Assembly (NCBI GenBank): GCA_964016885.1
Contig: OZ024742.1
Coordinates: forward strand, 158,720,001 to 158,784,000
Reading direction: 5' to 3'
Origin: Eledone cirrhosa
Lineage: Eukaryota
Length of the DNA: 64,000 nt
Position 1 is the first letter of the stretch. Each line of letters opens with the position of its first letter. Positions 1 to 12,064 of the stretch are shown piece by piece. A program made the position numbers and the translations under genes. The notes beneath the pieces are model-generated. The model did no database searches and had not been told where the DNA came from. It saw only the letters and a list, made by a program, of their open reading frames with translations.

Positions 1-45
1 CAGAAATTGAAAATTAGAATTGGTGCTCTGAAATAGCGATATATA
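1..45 (-). repeat. Fragment of the HHR-bearing short repeat family at 20645-21322
   Basis: cagaaattgaaaattagaattggtgctctgaaatagcgatat is near-identical to 20915-20956; cut by the window edge. Confidence 0.8.
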
Positions 46-82
46 TATATATTAATTTATATATATATATTTATATATATAA

Positions 83-326
83 ATGAAGTAATTCCGTCGG
101 AAAAGTCCAGGAAAAAAGAGTGCTCTATGTAAGCAACAGAGCTTAATTATTATTATGTAATAAACAACATAAGGCAATTATTCCATTTACCAGTGGTTTC
201 TTAAAAGCAAAAGGTTTTGCTTTCAATCCTCAGAATCTTTCTGAGGATTGAAAGCAAAACCTTTTGCTTTTAAGAAACCACTGGTAAATGGAATAATTGC
301 CTTATGTTGTTTATTACATAATAATA
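83..326. mobile_element. (TA)n-flanked fold-back element (88-bp arms, 3-nt loop, unpaired tail 83-147)
   Basis: 148-235 is the reverse complement of 239-326; contains CTGAGGA-tt-GAAA-gcaaaa/ttttgc, a minimal HHR-like core with poor helix I. Confidence 0.75.
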
Positions 327-400
327 TTTATATATATATATATATATATGGAAAAGAATGAAACGAAATTTCATTTCTCACTCTTAGTACGGCTGATACT

Positions 401-980
401 TAAATGTAAGTATGTATACGTACATACATATATGTATACAGACGTACAGTAGTATGTATATATACACATACATGCACACATATATATATGTACGTATAGG
501 TTTACCCAACATTTATTATAATGTTCGGTTTGTTTCACTCGATATGCAAATTAGGCTGCTCAGCCGTTAACATGCATAAGGAAAGTATATACTTTCAAAC
601 GTTCAATCATCTGACAGGAAGGTATACGATGCTAACGATAGCTAATAAGCTTGAAACTAGTACATCGTTCCTGTGTCAGTGTTGAACAAAAAGGCGACGA
701 TGGTTGCCGAACACTGTACGGTGTAATTCGGGCTGTTTGTTTACAAACAAACGGAACATTATAATAAATGTTCGGCAAACCCATACGTACATATATATAT
801 GTGTGCATGTATGTATATATATGCATACTATTGTACATCTGTATACATATATGTATGTCCGTATACATACTTACATTTATATATATATATATATATATGT
901 GTGTGTGCATGTATGTACATATATGCATACTACTGTACGTCTGTATACTTATATGTATGTACGTATACATACTTACATTT
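401..980. repeat. Diverged inverted repeat (401-535 / 745-879) with a tandem duplicate of the right end
   Basis: taaatgtaagtatgtatacg...aatgttcggtttgttt matches the reverse complement of aaacaaacggaacatt...catacttacattta; 898-980 repeats 799-879. Confidence 0.7.
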
Positions 981-991
981 ATATATATATA

Positions 992-1767
992 TTAATGCCT
1001 TCTTGTCCACCTTTTCAGTTTTGTCTGGCTTCTTAACACATTGTTTAGCTCTGGTTTTTAACTCTTGAGCACTTTGCTAGTATCATTTCTGATTTTTGCG
1101 TTTCGCTTCGCTTTTCCTGCCCGCCGAAATTCGATTCTCGCTGAATCTTTATTTGTATTAATCTCCCGTGTCTTACAATTAACTTTTTAATAATTTCTAT
1201 TGACAGGTTAATTGTATAAGTTTATTTTAAACTACTCGGTTGAGAACTTATTCGATTTGTGCTATTTATGCTATTTTTCGCATGATTTACACTAACTGAA
1301 TTACTTTGCTAAAGTCTGGGGTTATTCCCCTTGTGATTTCTACACGTGGTTTAACTTACCACCGTGCCATTCACTTATTTGGTACAGAGCGAAATACCTG
1401 TTGATAACGTGATATTCCTTGTTCGATCGTTATACACAAAGCTTATATTTTTAAGCAGACTGTATTTTGATTTAGGTGTTACAGAAACTCTACATCGGAT
1501 TTTAACAGCAATTCCGGGAGTCCAGGTCTGGTTGTCATTTATTTTTTATCATTTATTTTGTTTTGACCTGTTTAGCTTGATTTGGTTTTTGGCTTGGGTC
1601 GTTAATGCCTTCTTGACCACCTTTTCAGTTTTGTCTGGCTTCTTAACACATTGTTTAACTCTGGTTTTTAACTATTGATCACTTTGCCAGTATCATTTCT
1701 AATTTTTGCGTTTCGCTTCGCTTTTCCTGCCCGCCGAAATGCGGTTCTCGCTGAATCTTTATTTGTA
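992..1767 (+). repeat. ~165-bp direct repeats (992-1157, 1602-1767), pLTR-like partial tandem
   Basis: ttaatgccttcttg...gctgaatctttatttgtat occurs twice, 610 bp apart, bounded by (TA)n. Confidence 0.7.
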
Positions 1768-2020
1768 TATATATATTGTAATTCTGTATTTTGTGTGTGG
1801 GGGTGGGGGGGTAAATTAGTCGAGATGTAACAAGCCATAAATTCTTAATATATTTTATTTTCAATTTACCGCCTAAGCACAATCCCGCCCGCCGGATGAT
1901 ATTTCATAGTCAAGTAACATTACGGATCCCAGCCTGCTACGTACACTAGGATACAGCAGTCGTGATCCGGGATAATATGTAGCTCTTTGGTTACTTTCTC
2001 CCTCTGTTGCCACCCCTATA

Positions 2021-2122
2021 GCTCCCGATGATAAAGTGATATAGTTAATGTGCAGCTACTGTGAGAAGCAAGTCGTAAATTCATTTATATATCAGTCTAA
2101 ATCGTGGAAATCATGATCCGAG
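2021..2122 (+). ncRNA. Degenerate hammerhead ribozyme motif
   Basis: CCGATGA...long helix II (tgatata/tatatca)...GAAA-TCATGA-TC; palindromic helix III, weak helix I. Confidence 0.4.
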
Positions 2123-2279
2123 AGAATGTGTAAATTGCCTTCACTACAAATAACTCTTGGTAAGCGAGTACAGATGTGCACGTTTAATACATTTAAATAT
2201 TGTCTCATTGAGTGCGTAATGAGAGCGATATGATAATTAGTGCATATTTTCACATATGGCCCTGTTTTAACTATACACA

Positions 2280-2318
<39 letters not shown>

Positions 2319-2446
2319 AAAGTTCTATTTAAATTGTTGGGATACAACAAGCAAATATTTTTTATAACTGATATAAAGCACTCGACAAGTATTTGGAGTA
2401 AATATACGATATTAACAAATGGAAACTATACTTATAAAACCATATT

Positions 2447-2511
2447 TATTTCATTATACATATTTCAAGGATACCATGTTAAATAATGGTATGCCTTCAT
2501 CAGACAAAATA
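2447..2511 (-). ncRNA. Type I hammerhead ribozyme
   Basis: tattttgt CTGATGA aggcatacca..tggtatcctt GAAA tatgt ATA atgaaata; 8-bp helix I with two G-U pairs, AUA triplet. Confidence 0.75.
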
Positions 2512-2655
2512 CAATACTATCCTGATGTCTTCCAAAATTAACGGTTGCATTTTGAAAGGGTACGTCTATGTTTATTTATAAAACTGGTATATATTGTATT
2601 TTGTCTGATGAAGGCATACCATAATTTAACATAATATCCTTCAAATATGTATAAT

Positions 2656-2843
2656 TGTTTCTACTTTAGGCGCAAGGCCAGTAATTACCCAGTGCATTAC
2701 TGGTACTTTATTTTATCGACCCCGTAAGGATGAAAGGCAAAGTCAACCTCGGCGGGATTTGAACTCAGATCGTAAAGGGACGTAACTATGCTGGAAAGCA
2801 TGGCGTCCGATCCTCTACCGATACTGCCAATCCACCGCCCTAA
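2656..2843 (-). mobile_element. tRNA-derived SINE (octopus-type)
   Basis: A-box-like tggcagtatcgg and B-box-like gagttcaaatcc; 15-bp TSD tcaaatatgtataat (2641-2655, 2844-2858). Confidence 0.85.
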
Positions 2844-3006
2844 TCAAATATGTATAATGAAATAAATATGGTTTTATAAGTATAGTTTCCATTTGTTAAT
2901 ATCGTATATATATATATATACATATATATACATATATATATTTTTTTAGAGAGAGAAAGAGAAAGAGAGAGTGGCAGAGAGAGAGAGACAGTGAGAGAGA
3001 GAGAGG

Positions 3007-3069
<63 letters not shown>

Positions 3070-3224
3070 ATGCACACAAATATATATATATGTGTTCAAC
3101 AATCATACATAGGGAAAAATACATTTCTCACCGAACCCCAGTACGTCTTATAATTGCTAGACATGTATGTGTGGGTGCCTCCCTGTCTGACTGTGGCTGT
3201 GCCTGTGTCTTTGTGTGTGTGTGA

Positions 3225-4205
3225 AATCCATGGAAAGGAGTGAGTGGCCGAAACGACGATACCGATCTAAATACGAATGGAAACGTCTTATACTTCTGTT
3301 CTAGTAATTGGTCCTCTATTATTAACAATTCTTCCACCACAAAGTCATTCGTAAATACACATGGTATAAGGGGAATCTGCAACAGAAATCAATAATTGAT
3401 TTTGTTATTATCTCTGACCAGGGCGGTGAATTGCCAGTATCGGTAGAGGGTCAGACATGCTTTCCATTATAGTTACGTCCCTTTACGATCTGAGTTCAAA
3501 TCCCGCCGAGGTTAACTTTGCTTTCATCCTTACGAGGTCGATAAAATAAAGTACCAGTAATGTACTGGGTATTTGCTGGCCTTGTGCCTAAGGTAGAAAC
3601 AGTTATTATCTCTGACCTCCTCGATTCTGTGTTGGAAGTTTGTGTTGAAATCGGGGTCGAGCTATCAACTGGTCTTCTGATAATTATCTTCAAACTGATA
3701 CTACCTAAAGCCAGAAAGCCCTCAAAACGAGCAAGCCCAGCTATACCTATAGGATAGAGTGGGAAGTGTTTATTTATTAGGTTGTCATGGTATGCGAATA
3801 CTATAGCATCCGAATTCAGAGAACTCTTTGAGTAAACTGAAGACGTTGAAACGAAATGCAAACTTGTGCTCAGCAGTTTCTGCTGCAGATGCTAAATGCT
3901 GCGTTTTGACGTGGTGCTGGGTGGCAGAAGAACCACATGGTTCAATCAAGGAATAAAAGATGCCATCTGAGAAATGAAGGAAGTTTCCAAAACTTGGGTT
4001 GGAATTAAGTCCTTCTTCTTGCATTTGCGCTACAATCAGGCGCGAGAAGTCGTATTACAGATGGTAAAGGCGTCCAAAGTTAAGACATGGGAGAATGTTT
4101 AGGTTAAGCTGAAATCCGATTTCAGATCAGAAAATATAGTATTCTGACTGATTTCGTAATAGGATCCCTCCATGCCTGATATTATAAACTTGTATGTGGT
4201 TCTCC
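3225..4205 (-). pseudogene. Degenerate ORF relic, possibly a PLE N-terminal region, interrupted by a SINE
   Basis: Coding-like composition; RKCKKKDLIP resembles the C-x4-LIP motif of PLE N-termini; many stops. Confidence 0.25.
3420..3601 (+). mobile_element. tRNA-derived SINE, same family
   Basis: Homologous to 2656-2843; 16-bp TSD gttattatctctgacc (3404-3419, 3602-3617). Confidence 0.85.
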
Positions 4206-4249
4206 TCAATTCTAACAGGTGCGTCATTAATATATATATATATATATAT

Positions 4250-7200
4250 CTTAGTCTTAGTCTTCCGCGCCGTTCGGCGCATCGAGCAGTAAGTACTCGC
4301 CAACGGTCACGATCAGCGGCAAATTTTTCGAGACCGTGCCAGGTGACTGCCATCAGGTCCTTCCGGAACGATCGTCGCCAGGTTCCTTGGGCAACCCCGC
4401 CTACGTTCACCGCCAGGCTGTATTCGAATGCCGTTCATTTGGCAGATGCAGAATATGGCCAGCCAGACGGCACCGACGCTCCGTCACCACTCTCTGAAGC
4501 GTCCACGACTCGGCTCTCCGCAGGATCTCCTCGTTTCGCACTCGGTCGCGCCAGGGCACACGAAGGATCTTTCGCAGGCACCGCTGGTGGAAAGCGTTCA
4601 GCCGTCTCTCTATTTTTGCCGTACTCTTCCAGGTCTCGCTCGCATAAAGCACTGTCGGCAGCACAATGCTCTTGTACAGGCGGAGCTTGGTCTTGGTGCT
4701 AATGCATGAAGATGACCAGACTGGGCACAGCCGCTGGAAAACTGCGGCTCCTTTGCCGATCCGACAGTTGATGTCGAGCTCCGCGTCGCCGCTGCTTGTC
4801 AGGATGCTGCCCAGATAGGTGAAGTGATCGACTTCCTGAGGTCCTGTTGATTGACTCTGATCACTAGACCTGTGTTGCTGGCCGTTCTCATGACCTTGGT
4901 CTTTTTGGTGTTGATTCTCAGGCCGATCTTTTCCGCACTCTCTTGTAGGGATGTTGTTAGGGCCTGCAGATCTGCACTGTTTTCAGCGATCAAAGCGATG
5001 TCGTCGGCGAATGCCAGGTCCCTCAGCCTCGACTGCCCTCTCCTTGGGATTCGTCGACCGGGTCCTTCATCCATTCGCCTTAGTACGAAATCGGCTGCCA
5101 GCAGGAACAACAGTGGAGAGAGAATGCAACCCTGTCTGACTCCGGAGACTATGTCAAAGAACTCCGTCAAACCGGATTCAGTTCCACAGCGACTCCTGGT
5201 GTACACTGTCAAATGCCTTCTGGAAATCAATAAAATTACCCGCCAAAGGCTGTTGTAGCTCAACGCATTGTTCGAGAATGTTGCGTAGTGTAAAGATCTG
5301 TTCCGTGCAAGATCTATTTTTTCGGAAGCCGGCTTGTTCCTCCCGGAGCACAGAGTCGACAGCCTTCCGGAGTCGACACAGCAGCACAGTGCAGTACGCC
5401 TTGCCTGGGACTGACAGCAATGTGATACCACGCAAGTTGTTGCAGTCTGCCAGGTTTCCCTTCTCCGGCAGTTTGACGATGCCACCGCGCTGCCACTCAA
5501 GAGAAACCCGACAAACCCTCCAGCAGTGGTTCATCAAGTCTGTCAACGCCGTTATCGTGCTCTCCTCACCGAATTTGAGCAACTCAGCAGAGATCTCATC
5601 CAGTCCGCCTGCTTTGCCGATCCTCAAGTGGTTAATCGCATCTCTCGTCTCTTGCTTGGTGATATGGTCCTCGCAGACTTTGAGTACCTCAGTGGTTGCT
5701 GGAACCTCTGCGGTCAAGTCTATCAGGGCGACTGAATTTGGTTGGTTCAGCATCTCCCGGAAGTGATCCATCCATCTCTGCTCCTCTTCCGCTCCAATGG
5801 TCAACGTCTTGCCATTTTGTCCCTCACTGGCATGCTGGCACCGCTCGACATTCCTGTGAACCTCCTCACGATGCTGAACAGTGCTTTTGTGTTGTTTCGA
5901 ACAGCAGCTTCTTCTGCCTCAGCACCTTTTTTCTCCAGCCAGTCACGTTTGTCCCGCCGGCAGCTTCGCTTTACCAGTCGGTCGATTTGGCGGTATACGG
6001 CATCTCTTTTCTTTTAGTCTTCCTCCGATCTGGCAGAATCTCGCTCGACTTTTGCCTTTTTTCGTCTGTCAATCAGGTCCGACGTTGGTTCTTGGATCCA
6101 TTTTTCCATCCTCGTTCCTCGTCTTCGGCCAATAGTTTCTTGTGCTGCCTCAATCACCGCTGTCGTGAACATCGTCCATTGATCTTCCAGATCTGCATCC
6201 TCGCTCAACTGTTGGAATCGGTTGTGTAGCGACAGTTGGTACAGTCGCGCTTGACCGGGATACTTCAGCTTCTCCATTGCATATGGCTTTGGTATTTCCT
6301 GTCGTGTCCGTTTCTTCAGGAGCAGCTGAAGTTCCGCACACAGTAGATGGTGGTCTGAGCCCACGTCCGCACCTCGGTACACTCTGTCGTCACGTACCGA
6401 GGACAGCCAGCGCTGGTTGATGCAGATGTAATCGATCTCGTTTCGGCTTTTCTGGATCGGAGACTGTTAGGTAGCCTTGTGAATCGCCTTGTGTTTGAAA
6501 TAGGTGTTGCTAATGCACAAGCTGTTGATGGCACAAAACAGCTTCAGTCTCTCGCCGTTGTACGTGGTGACCGAAGCAGAACCGAATGGCCCAGTGACCT
6601 GTTCCAGTCCCTGTCTGTTGCAGCCAATCTGAGCGTTGAAATCACCGATCAGTAGTTTGATGTCATGGCGGGGCAAGTTATTAAATGTGTCCTGCAGCTG
6701 TTCGTAGAAGGCGTCCTTGTCGATGTCGGTTGCGTCATCAATCGGTGCGTAGCCCTGAACAACAGTGATTTTCGCATGTCCACTTTGAAAACGAGAGGTT
6801 ATGATGCGCTCGGTGACTGGCTCCCATCCGATCAATGCTCGAGTTGCTCGGACGCTAAGCACAAGTCCAACGCCATGAACGTGCTTGTTTTGGTGTCCAC
6901 AGTAGAGCAGAGTTGTGTCTCCGCTGTCACTCATATTTCCGCTGCCGGTCCAGCGCATTTGACTCACGCCCAAAATGTCCAGCTAGTAGTGATCGAACTC
7001 GCGAAGTAACTGAGCCAGCTTTCCTGCCTGGTATAGTGTACGCACGTTCCAAGTTCCAATTCGCATTTTCTTATGGTGCTCAGAATCCGGCTCATCGGAA
7101 CCCCAACGTCCTTTCGGCTTTGGTTGAGGTCCGTCAAGAGTGGAGTGTTTCCCACACCTTCATCTTTACACCGATCATTTTGGGTTTTTTTGGCTTTTCT

Positions 7201-7357
7201 TGCTGTTTCTTTAGCGGTTAGAATTTTTATAGCAGTGCCGGGTTGCTAATCCGACGCCTTCTGCCTGTATTTGCCGATTCCTTGCCAACTAAGATTAGTA
7301 GTTGGCACCCCTTCGCCACGATGAGGCGTCCGGCGAGACCAGGGGACTCATCAGGGG
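4250..7357 (-). mobile_element. Full-length (~3.1 kb) RTE-clade LINE, frameshifted (APE endonuclease + RT)
   Basis: EN motifs GVSQMRWTGSG, YAP, GDFNAQIG, GSDHH; RT motifs RGITLLS, EQAGFR, FIDFQKAFDSV, GVRQGCILSP, LAFADD; (CTAAGA)n 3' tail; inserted in (TA)n. Confidence 0.92.
7273..7357 (-). ncRNA. Candidate HDV-like ribozyme at the RTE 5' end
   Basis: CCCCT..gccgg..GCC TCATCGT GGC gaAGGGG TG ccaact..agttgg C aa..tcggc gives P1, P2, P3/L3, P1.1 (CA/UG) and P4 in HDV order. Confidence 0.5.
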
Positions 7358-7362
7358 ATATG

Positions 7363-7399
<37 letters not shown>

Positions 7400-7403
<4 letters not shown>

Positions 7404-7772
7404 GTTGTTGAATGCTTAAAGCGTCCGTATGCGATAGGCCGTATGAGCACTCGATGCCCTCATAGAGCAGAGTATATCACAGAAAAAAGAGAATCAGTGT
7501 TGTGACGAAAGGAATTTATTGGACATATTACAATTGTTTCTCGGGCGACCAGCTTGAGGCACTTCGATGTGGTGATCAAACCTGACTCTGAAATCATGCG
7601 GTCCTCGGATACGTCTCGATTCTACGAAGCAGATTTCCTAGGACCGCGCGATTACAGAGTCAGGTTTGATCACCACATCGAAGTGCCTCAAGCTGGTCGC
7701 CCGAGAAACAATTGTAATATGTCCAATAAATTCCGTTCGTCGCAACACTGATTCTCTTTTTTCTGTGATATA
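7400..7772. mobile_element. Fold-back element (~132-bp arms, ~35-bp spacer, tail 7400-7472)
   Basis: 7473-7604 is inverted at 7640-7772; GAAAC-AATT-GTA followed by AATAAA (HHR 3' half); no clear CUGANGA. Confidence 0.75.
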
Positions 7773-7989
7773 TATATATATATATATATATACAGAAAGG
7801 AAAATCAAAGAGTGTTCCTTTCACTATATATAATTCTCTTTGATGCATATTTTCCAATCATTCGGATCTTACCACATGTGGAGCTTAACTCGGATTTATT
7901 TAATCTGTATGATTCATAATCATAACAACACATTGAGCTTCCCATGATATTGTTTAATCAAAACTGAGGGTTGTTTCCATTTATAAATT

Positions 7990-8081
<92 letters not shown>

Positions 8082-8099
8082 GGGGGGGGAGAAAAGTTC

Positions 8100-8860
8100 C
8101 ACTTGATAGGTTAGATACCGAGTGTTGCATGGCTGGAATGAAAATCACCGCTGCGAGAACTGAGACACTCGTCCTCTCAGGGAAGCCTGCGCAATGCCCT
8201 CAACATGTGAATGGAGTTCCACTGAAGGAGGTGGAGAAGTTCAAGTATCTAGGGCTAATGCTCACGAGTAATGGAAGCCATGAGGCTTAATTAAGAGCAA
8301 AAATTGCTGGGGCTAATGCAGTAATGCGCCAGCTTCAGCATTTGGTAATCAGAAGAATGGAGGTAGGTGTAAATGCCAAACTCGCTGTCTTCAATTTGGT
8401 ATTCTTGCCAACCTTACCTTTAGTTATCAATCGTGGGTAATGACCGAAGGAATATGATCGCGAATAGAAGCGGTCGAAATGGATTTCTTCCGAAGAGTCT
8501 TTGGACTAACGTTACTCGATAGAGTGCGTAGCTCGGGGATCAGGGAGTAACTCCAGGTAAGGCCGCTACTTCTCCAAATTGAGATATCACAGCTTCTATA
8601 CTATGGGTATGTGGTTAGAATCTCCGAGGAAAGAATCGCTAGACAGATTTTACGGGCAAAACCAACCGGCTGGAGACCCAGGGGTAGACCCCGAGCAAGA
8701 TGAGTGGATAAGATTCATGAGCTTTGCTGGTCTCGCCTAGGGGTCCAGCCGGATCTGTTGGAGACGGTTGCTTCTGAAAGTATCCGCTGGAAGGAATGAT
8801 TGAGGACTCTGACCCCACGAACCTCTCATGAATATGTGGGCGAAGAAGCGAAAGAGAAGA
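8100..8860 (+). mobile_element. 5'-truncated degenerate RTE-clade LINE 3' end
   Basis: GMKITAARTETLV...LKEVEKFKYLG; downstream RPRGRP-like segment; GAA-rich end. Confidence 0.8.
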
Positions 8861-8998
8861 ATATTTTTTCAGAGTATACTATGCATCTAATAAGACCATA
8901 AAATTTGTGGTGTCTTGTTCATTTGTAAACTCATATCAATTTGATTGGGGGGAAATCGTCGTTCCTGCAGCAATACCACACGGTCAAAACAAGCGCCT

Positions 8999-9048
8999 AC
9001 AGTTACTTGTTTCATTGACCATAGCAAGACATGACAACATCAGACCAT
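8999..9048 (-). ncRNA. Hammerhead ribozyme motif (A9 altered)
   Basis: atggt CTGATGT tgtcat..atggtcaat GAAAC aa GTA actgt; 5-bp helix I, GUA triplet. Confidence 0.55.
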
Positions 9049-9755
9049 TTAACTTATAAAGATTAAGACGAACTTCTTCAGCTTAACACAAGACAAACTG
9101 GATTCGAGCATTCATCTTGTGAGTTTTTAGTAATTCGGAACGGATTAGTTAAACATAGTGTTACAATGGAGTAAATTTTTCAGTAGAGCTATATCACACA
9201 ATATATGTTGAACACTTTAACCACTGGTGGCATCATTAGTTTATTTCTATAGGATCTCTATCTAGCTGATTGCATTAGTTGAATCTATAATCCCATATTT
9301 CTCTACCCTATTTCTCTTCCGGGTGCTTTTTTTATTAATGACTCATGCTATAGAGGGAACAATTTCTTTATTTACAATATTGAACTCACTGTTCAATTGT
9401 TCCTATTAAATGCGTTGTTATTAAGGTCATGCAAAATTAAGTGTCATTCCCGCTGACTGTGTCAATAAAACGAACAGTAGAAATTTCGATTGATTGAATA
9501 AAGCCAACATTGCCGGGACAAAATGTGATTTATCATATCTCTAAAATCTGTTATTTTTCTGAGGAACCCCATAGCGTGAGCTGGCAGGCTCCCAGCAAAC
9601 AAAGTTGGCAACCTACACCCGATTTCTCGATTCAAGACACGAACGAAATAATTTAAATTCCTATAACTGTTGGCGTACGAGACAAACCACGTGATTAGCC
9701 GTATTTGTGGTAGTAGAAGGAGCTATTAATATTTACCTGTATCTATTAAATGGAG

Positions 9756-9834
<79 letters not shown>

Positions 9835-9836
<2 letters not shown>

Positions 9837-10149
9837 TTATTAAAATAACAGATTAAAGTTTAAACAAAGAATCGCTGCTTTCACCCTTAACGGGATCTTC
9901 TAAAACTAACAAAGTCAATCTGTGAACGCAGACGTGAATATTTCAAAAAACGTTGCAACCGGAGGAAGACAGGAAGACGATACTTTTTGTTAGTTTCAGA
10001 AGATCCCGTTAAGGGTGAAAGCAGCGATTCTTTGCTTAAACTTTAATCTGTTATTTTAATAAATATTTGCTCTACGGTTCTTATATATTTGATATATATT
10101 TATGCTTATCGAGCCCTCTTTGGATTTTAGTCTTCAAATTTATTATTAT

Positions 10150-10152
<3 letters not shown>
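9835..10152. mobile_element. Fold-back element of the CAGAAGA-HHR family
   Basis: 9835-9913 is inverted at 9987-10066; tail to 10152; homologous to 19396-20430. Confidence 0.8.
9992..10042 (+). ncRNA. Variant hammerhead (C3 A4 G5 A6 A7 G8 A9; CUU triplet)
   Basis: agttt CAGAAGA tccc gttaa gggt GAAA gca..tgc TT aaact. Confidence 0.55.
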
Positions 10153-10185
<33 letters not shown>

Positions 10186-10237
10186 GTGGGAAAGTGAAAA
10201 ATCGGAGACTAGACCGTTAAAACATGTTTATTGAAAA

Positions 10238-10282
10238 TATCACCTACGTACGTTTCGCCCAGTTGGGCTTCTCAAGGGCATA
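10238..10282 (-). ncRNA. Hammerhead ribozyme, U3-A8 variant, in the PLE 3' end
   Basis: tatgccc TTGAGAA gccc aact gggc GAAAC gtac GTA ggtgata; helix III is the palindrome ACGTACGT. Confidence 0.75.
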
Positions 10283-10530
10283 AACAGTCACAAGTGTTCC
10301 TTATATAGTTTGGAAAGAGATTTGGGGGTTAAATCGACATCAAGATTCATCGCTCGCAAAAATATCTTGTTTTGATTTTGCAGCAGGTCAAGGGAGGTAA
10401 CTTTGGCCGGTGTTAGGGCAGTCTTTCCCGGATAATTTTTGGTATGCAGGGATCGTTTTCTGGGTGTTGTTTTGCTGCGCCTGCCCGCCGGGGTGTTAAG
10501 ACTTGTTGCAGGGAGATCCAGTGTATTATT

Positions 10531-11868
10531 TCACTCTCCATTCTTAACCCATCTAAAGAAGGATATTTTTAAGCGATGTGTACAACTTATCGCTGTTTCA
10601 GCTCTGCTGTTGATGAGCTCGTGGGGTGCGGTTATGATGTGGTAGAGCTCCATGAGGCAAAGATCGCATTTCCTCTTGAAGTTGTACGGTGCAGCCCTGT
10701 CGACAATCTCCCAGTGCGTGGAGAAGCTAATGTTTAAGTCCTTTAGTGATGTGATGTAGTCCGCGAGCGAGGTGGAGTGCCTTAGTTTTCTATTTGTGAA
10801 AGAGTGGAGATGTGTTCGAAACCTAATTTTGAACGGGCCGGAGGTGGCCCCTATATAATGTTTAACGCTATTGTGGCTAGTAATAGTGCATCTATATATA
10901 ACCCTATCGGTCAAGCAGTATCCTCTAAGGGGGCACCGTCCTCTGTCGCGGCAGTTGCAATTTCTGTCGCTGTTCCGTCTATTTCCCACGATAAGGCTAT
11001 CATTGTTGCTGCCTACGTTGCTAGCTGCGCTACCGCAGCTGTCGTTAGCACAATTACAGCCCACAGCACGCGGGATGGTGCGATTGTTATTCCGCACGTC
11101 ATGTTTTGCATGCTCCCCAGTCACTTCGCGGTCATTCTGGTTGCGTCTGCGGATGCCGTTGCCAACACTATTGGATGCTGTCAGGGAGTTGTTAAGGCCG
11201 ATACAGTTATTGTCAGGTGTAGGTGCGTCTGCGTCGAGGTGCTGTGTCTTGGTGATCTTACTGTGGTTCGTTGTTCCTATGATGTCTGCTAGGTTAGGAG
11301 TAGTAGAGAAGGATATTTTTATATTGTTCCTATTAAGAATTTTTCTATACCTATGGTTGGGTGGGAAGTTCTTCTCTAAGGCTTCGAAGAATATCCGGGG
11401 TATGTTGGAGGCCACACTTCGAGAGTAGGGGGGGTGGAACCATAGGACGTTACGGTGGCGATTACGTGTCCTTGTACTTTTGCTACGGGTGGTTCCATCT
11501 AAGTGATTGCTCTTATGTGTGTTAATGCGCTGTCGCCCGTTCGGTGCCCCTTTTACTTTATGCTCGGGTGCACTCTTTCTACCACTTCCATGTTTATGTA
11601 CACGAAGATGTTGGTTGGAAGGCGTTGGTAGTAGGCCGTCGCCTTTGTTGGTTTTGTAATAGGGGAATAGTTTGAGTAATCTACAGTATTCACCGTCGCC
11701 GGGGACGTGATCTTTGGTGCGGTTATCTATTCTATTATATCCGACTTTACCGAGGTCGCCGCGTGATCGGTTATAGATATGGCTTACTATAACGTTAGTT
11801 TTATGAGGGGGGTGGTTTCTAGAGCTAGCGTTAGGGATGTAGGAAATTCCTCGGTTAAAGCCGGCGCT
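10531..11868 (-). CDS. PLE ORF C-terminus: linker, CNC..CPL.G.C motif and GIY-YIG endonuclease (5'-truncated)
   Basis: WFHPPY, NFPPNHRYRKILN, CNCRDRGRCPLRGYC, VIYRC..YIGAT, CDLCLME; frame stays open upstream of 11415 to 11868. Confidence 0.88.
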   Translation of the reverse strand, partial: SAGFNRGISYIPNASSRNHPPHKTNVIVSHIYNRSRGDLGKVGYNRIDNRTKDHVPGDGEYCRLLKLFPYYKTNKGDGLLPTPSNQHLRVHKHGSGRKSAPEHKVKGAPNGRQRINTHKSNHLDGTTRSKSTRTRNRHRNVLWFHPPYSRSVASNIPRIFFEALEKNFPPNHRYRKILNRNNIKISFSTTPNLADIIGTTNHSKITKTQHLDADAPTPDNNCIGLNNSLTASNSVGNGIRRRNQNDREVTGEHAKHDVRNNNRTIPRAVGCNCANDSCGSAASNVGSNNDSLIVGNRRNSDRNCNCRDRGRCPLRGYCLTDRVIYRCTITSHNSVKHYIGATSGPFKIRFRTHLHSFTNRKLRHSTSLADYITSLKDLNISFSTHWEIVDRAAPYNFKRKCDLCLMELYHIITAPHELINSRAETAISCTHRLKISFFRWVKNGE

Positions 11869-12064
11869 TATTATATATATATAATTTTTGCCTATTTACT
11901 TTGATGTCCCAACTGCAGTTTCGCTGAGTAAACGCAGTTATTAGGAAAATTTGAAAATTTAAATTTAGCCGTCCGAATGTAAATGACTATAACACTAGCC
12001 CACCATTTTGAAATAATATTTGATCAAATTGAGTAAAGTACCCCTGGAGACGGAAAGATGTGGA

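Larger units (their letters stand above)
2317..2906. mobile_element. Fold-back element with an HHR in each arm; right arm interrupted by a SINE
   Basis: Arm 2401-2517 is inverted at 2592-2655 plus 2859-2906; unpaired tail 2317-2400; flanked by (TA)n. Confidence 0.75.
10185..11871 (-). mobile_element. 5'-truncated Penelope-like element
   Basis: Linker + GIY-YIG ORF, 3' UTR with an HHR and AATAAA; (TA)n at both ends. Confidence 0.9.

Noticed and set aside
2656-3601. tRNA genes
   Set aside because: A/B boxes belong to SINEs with TSDs; no cloverleaf
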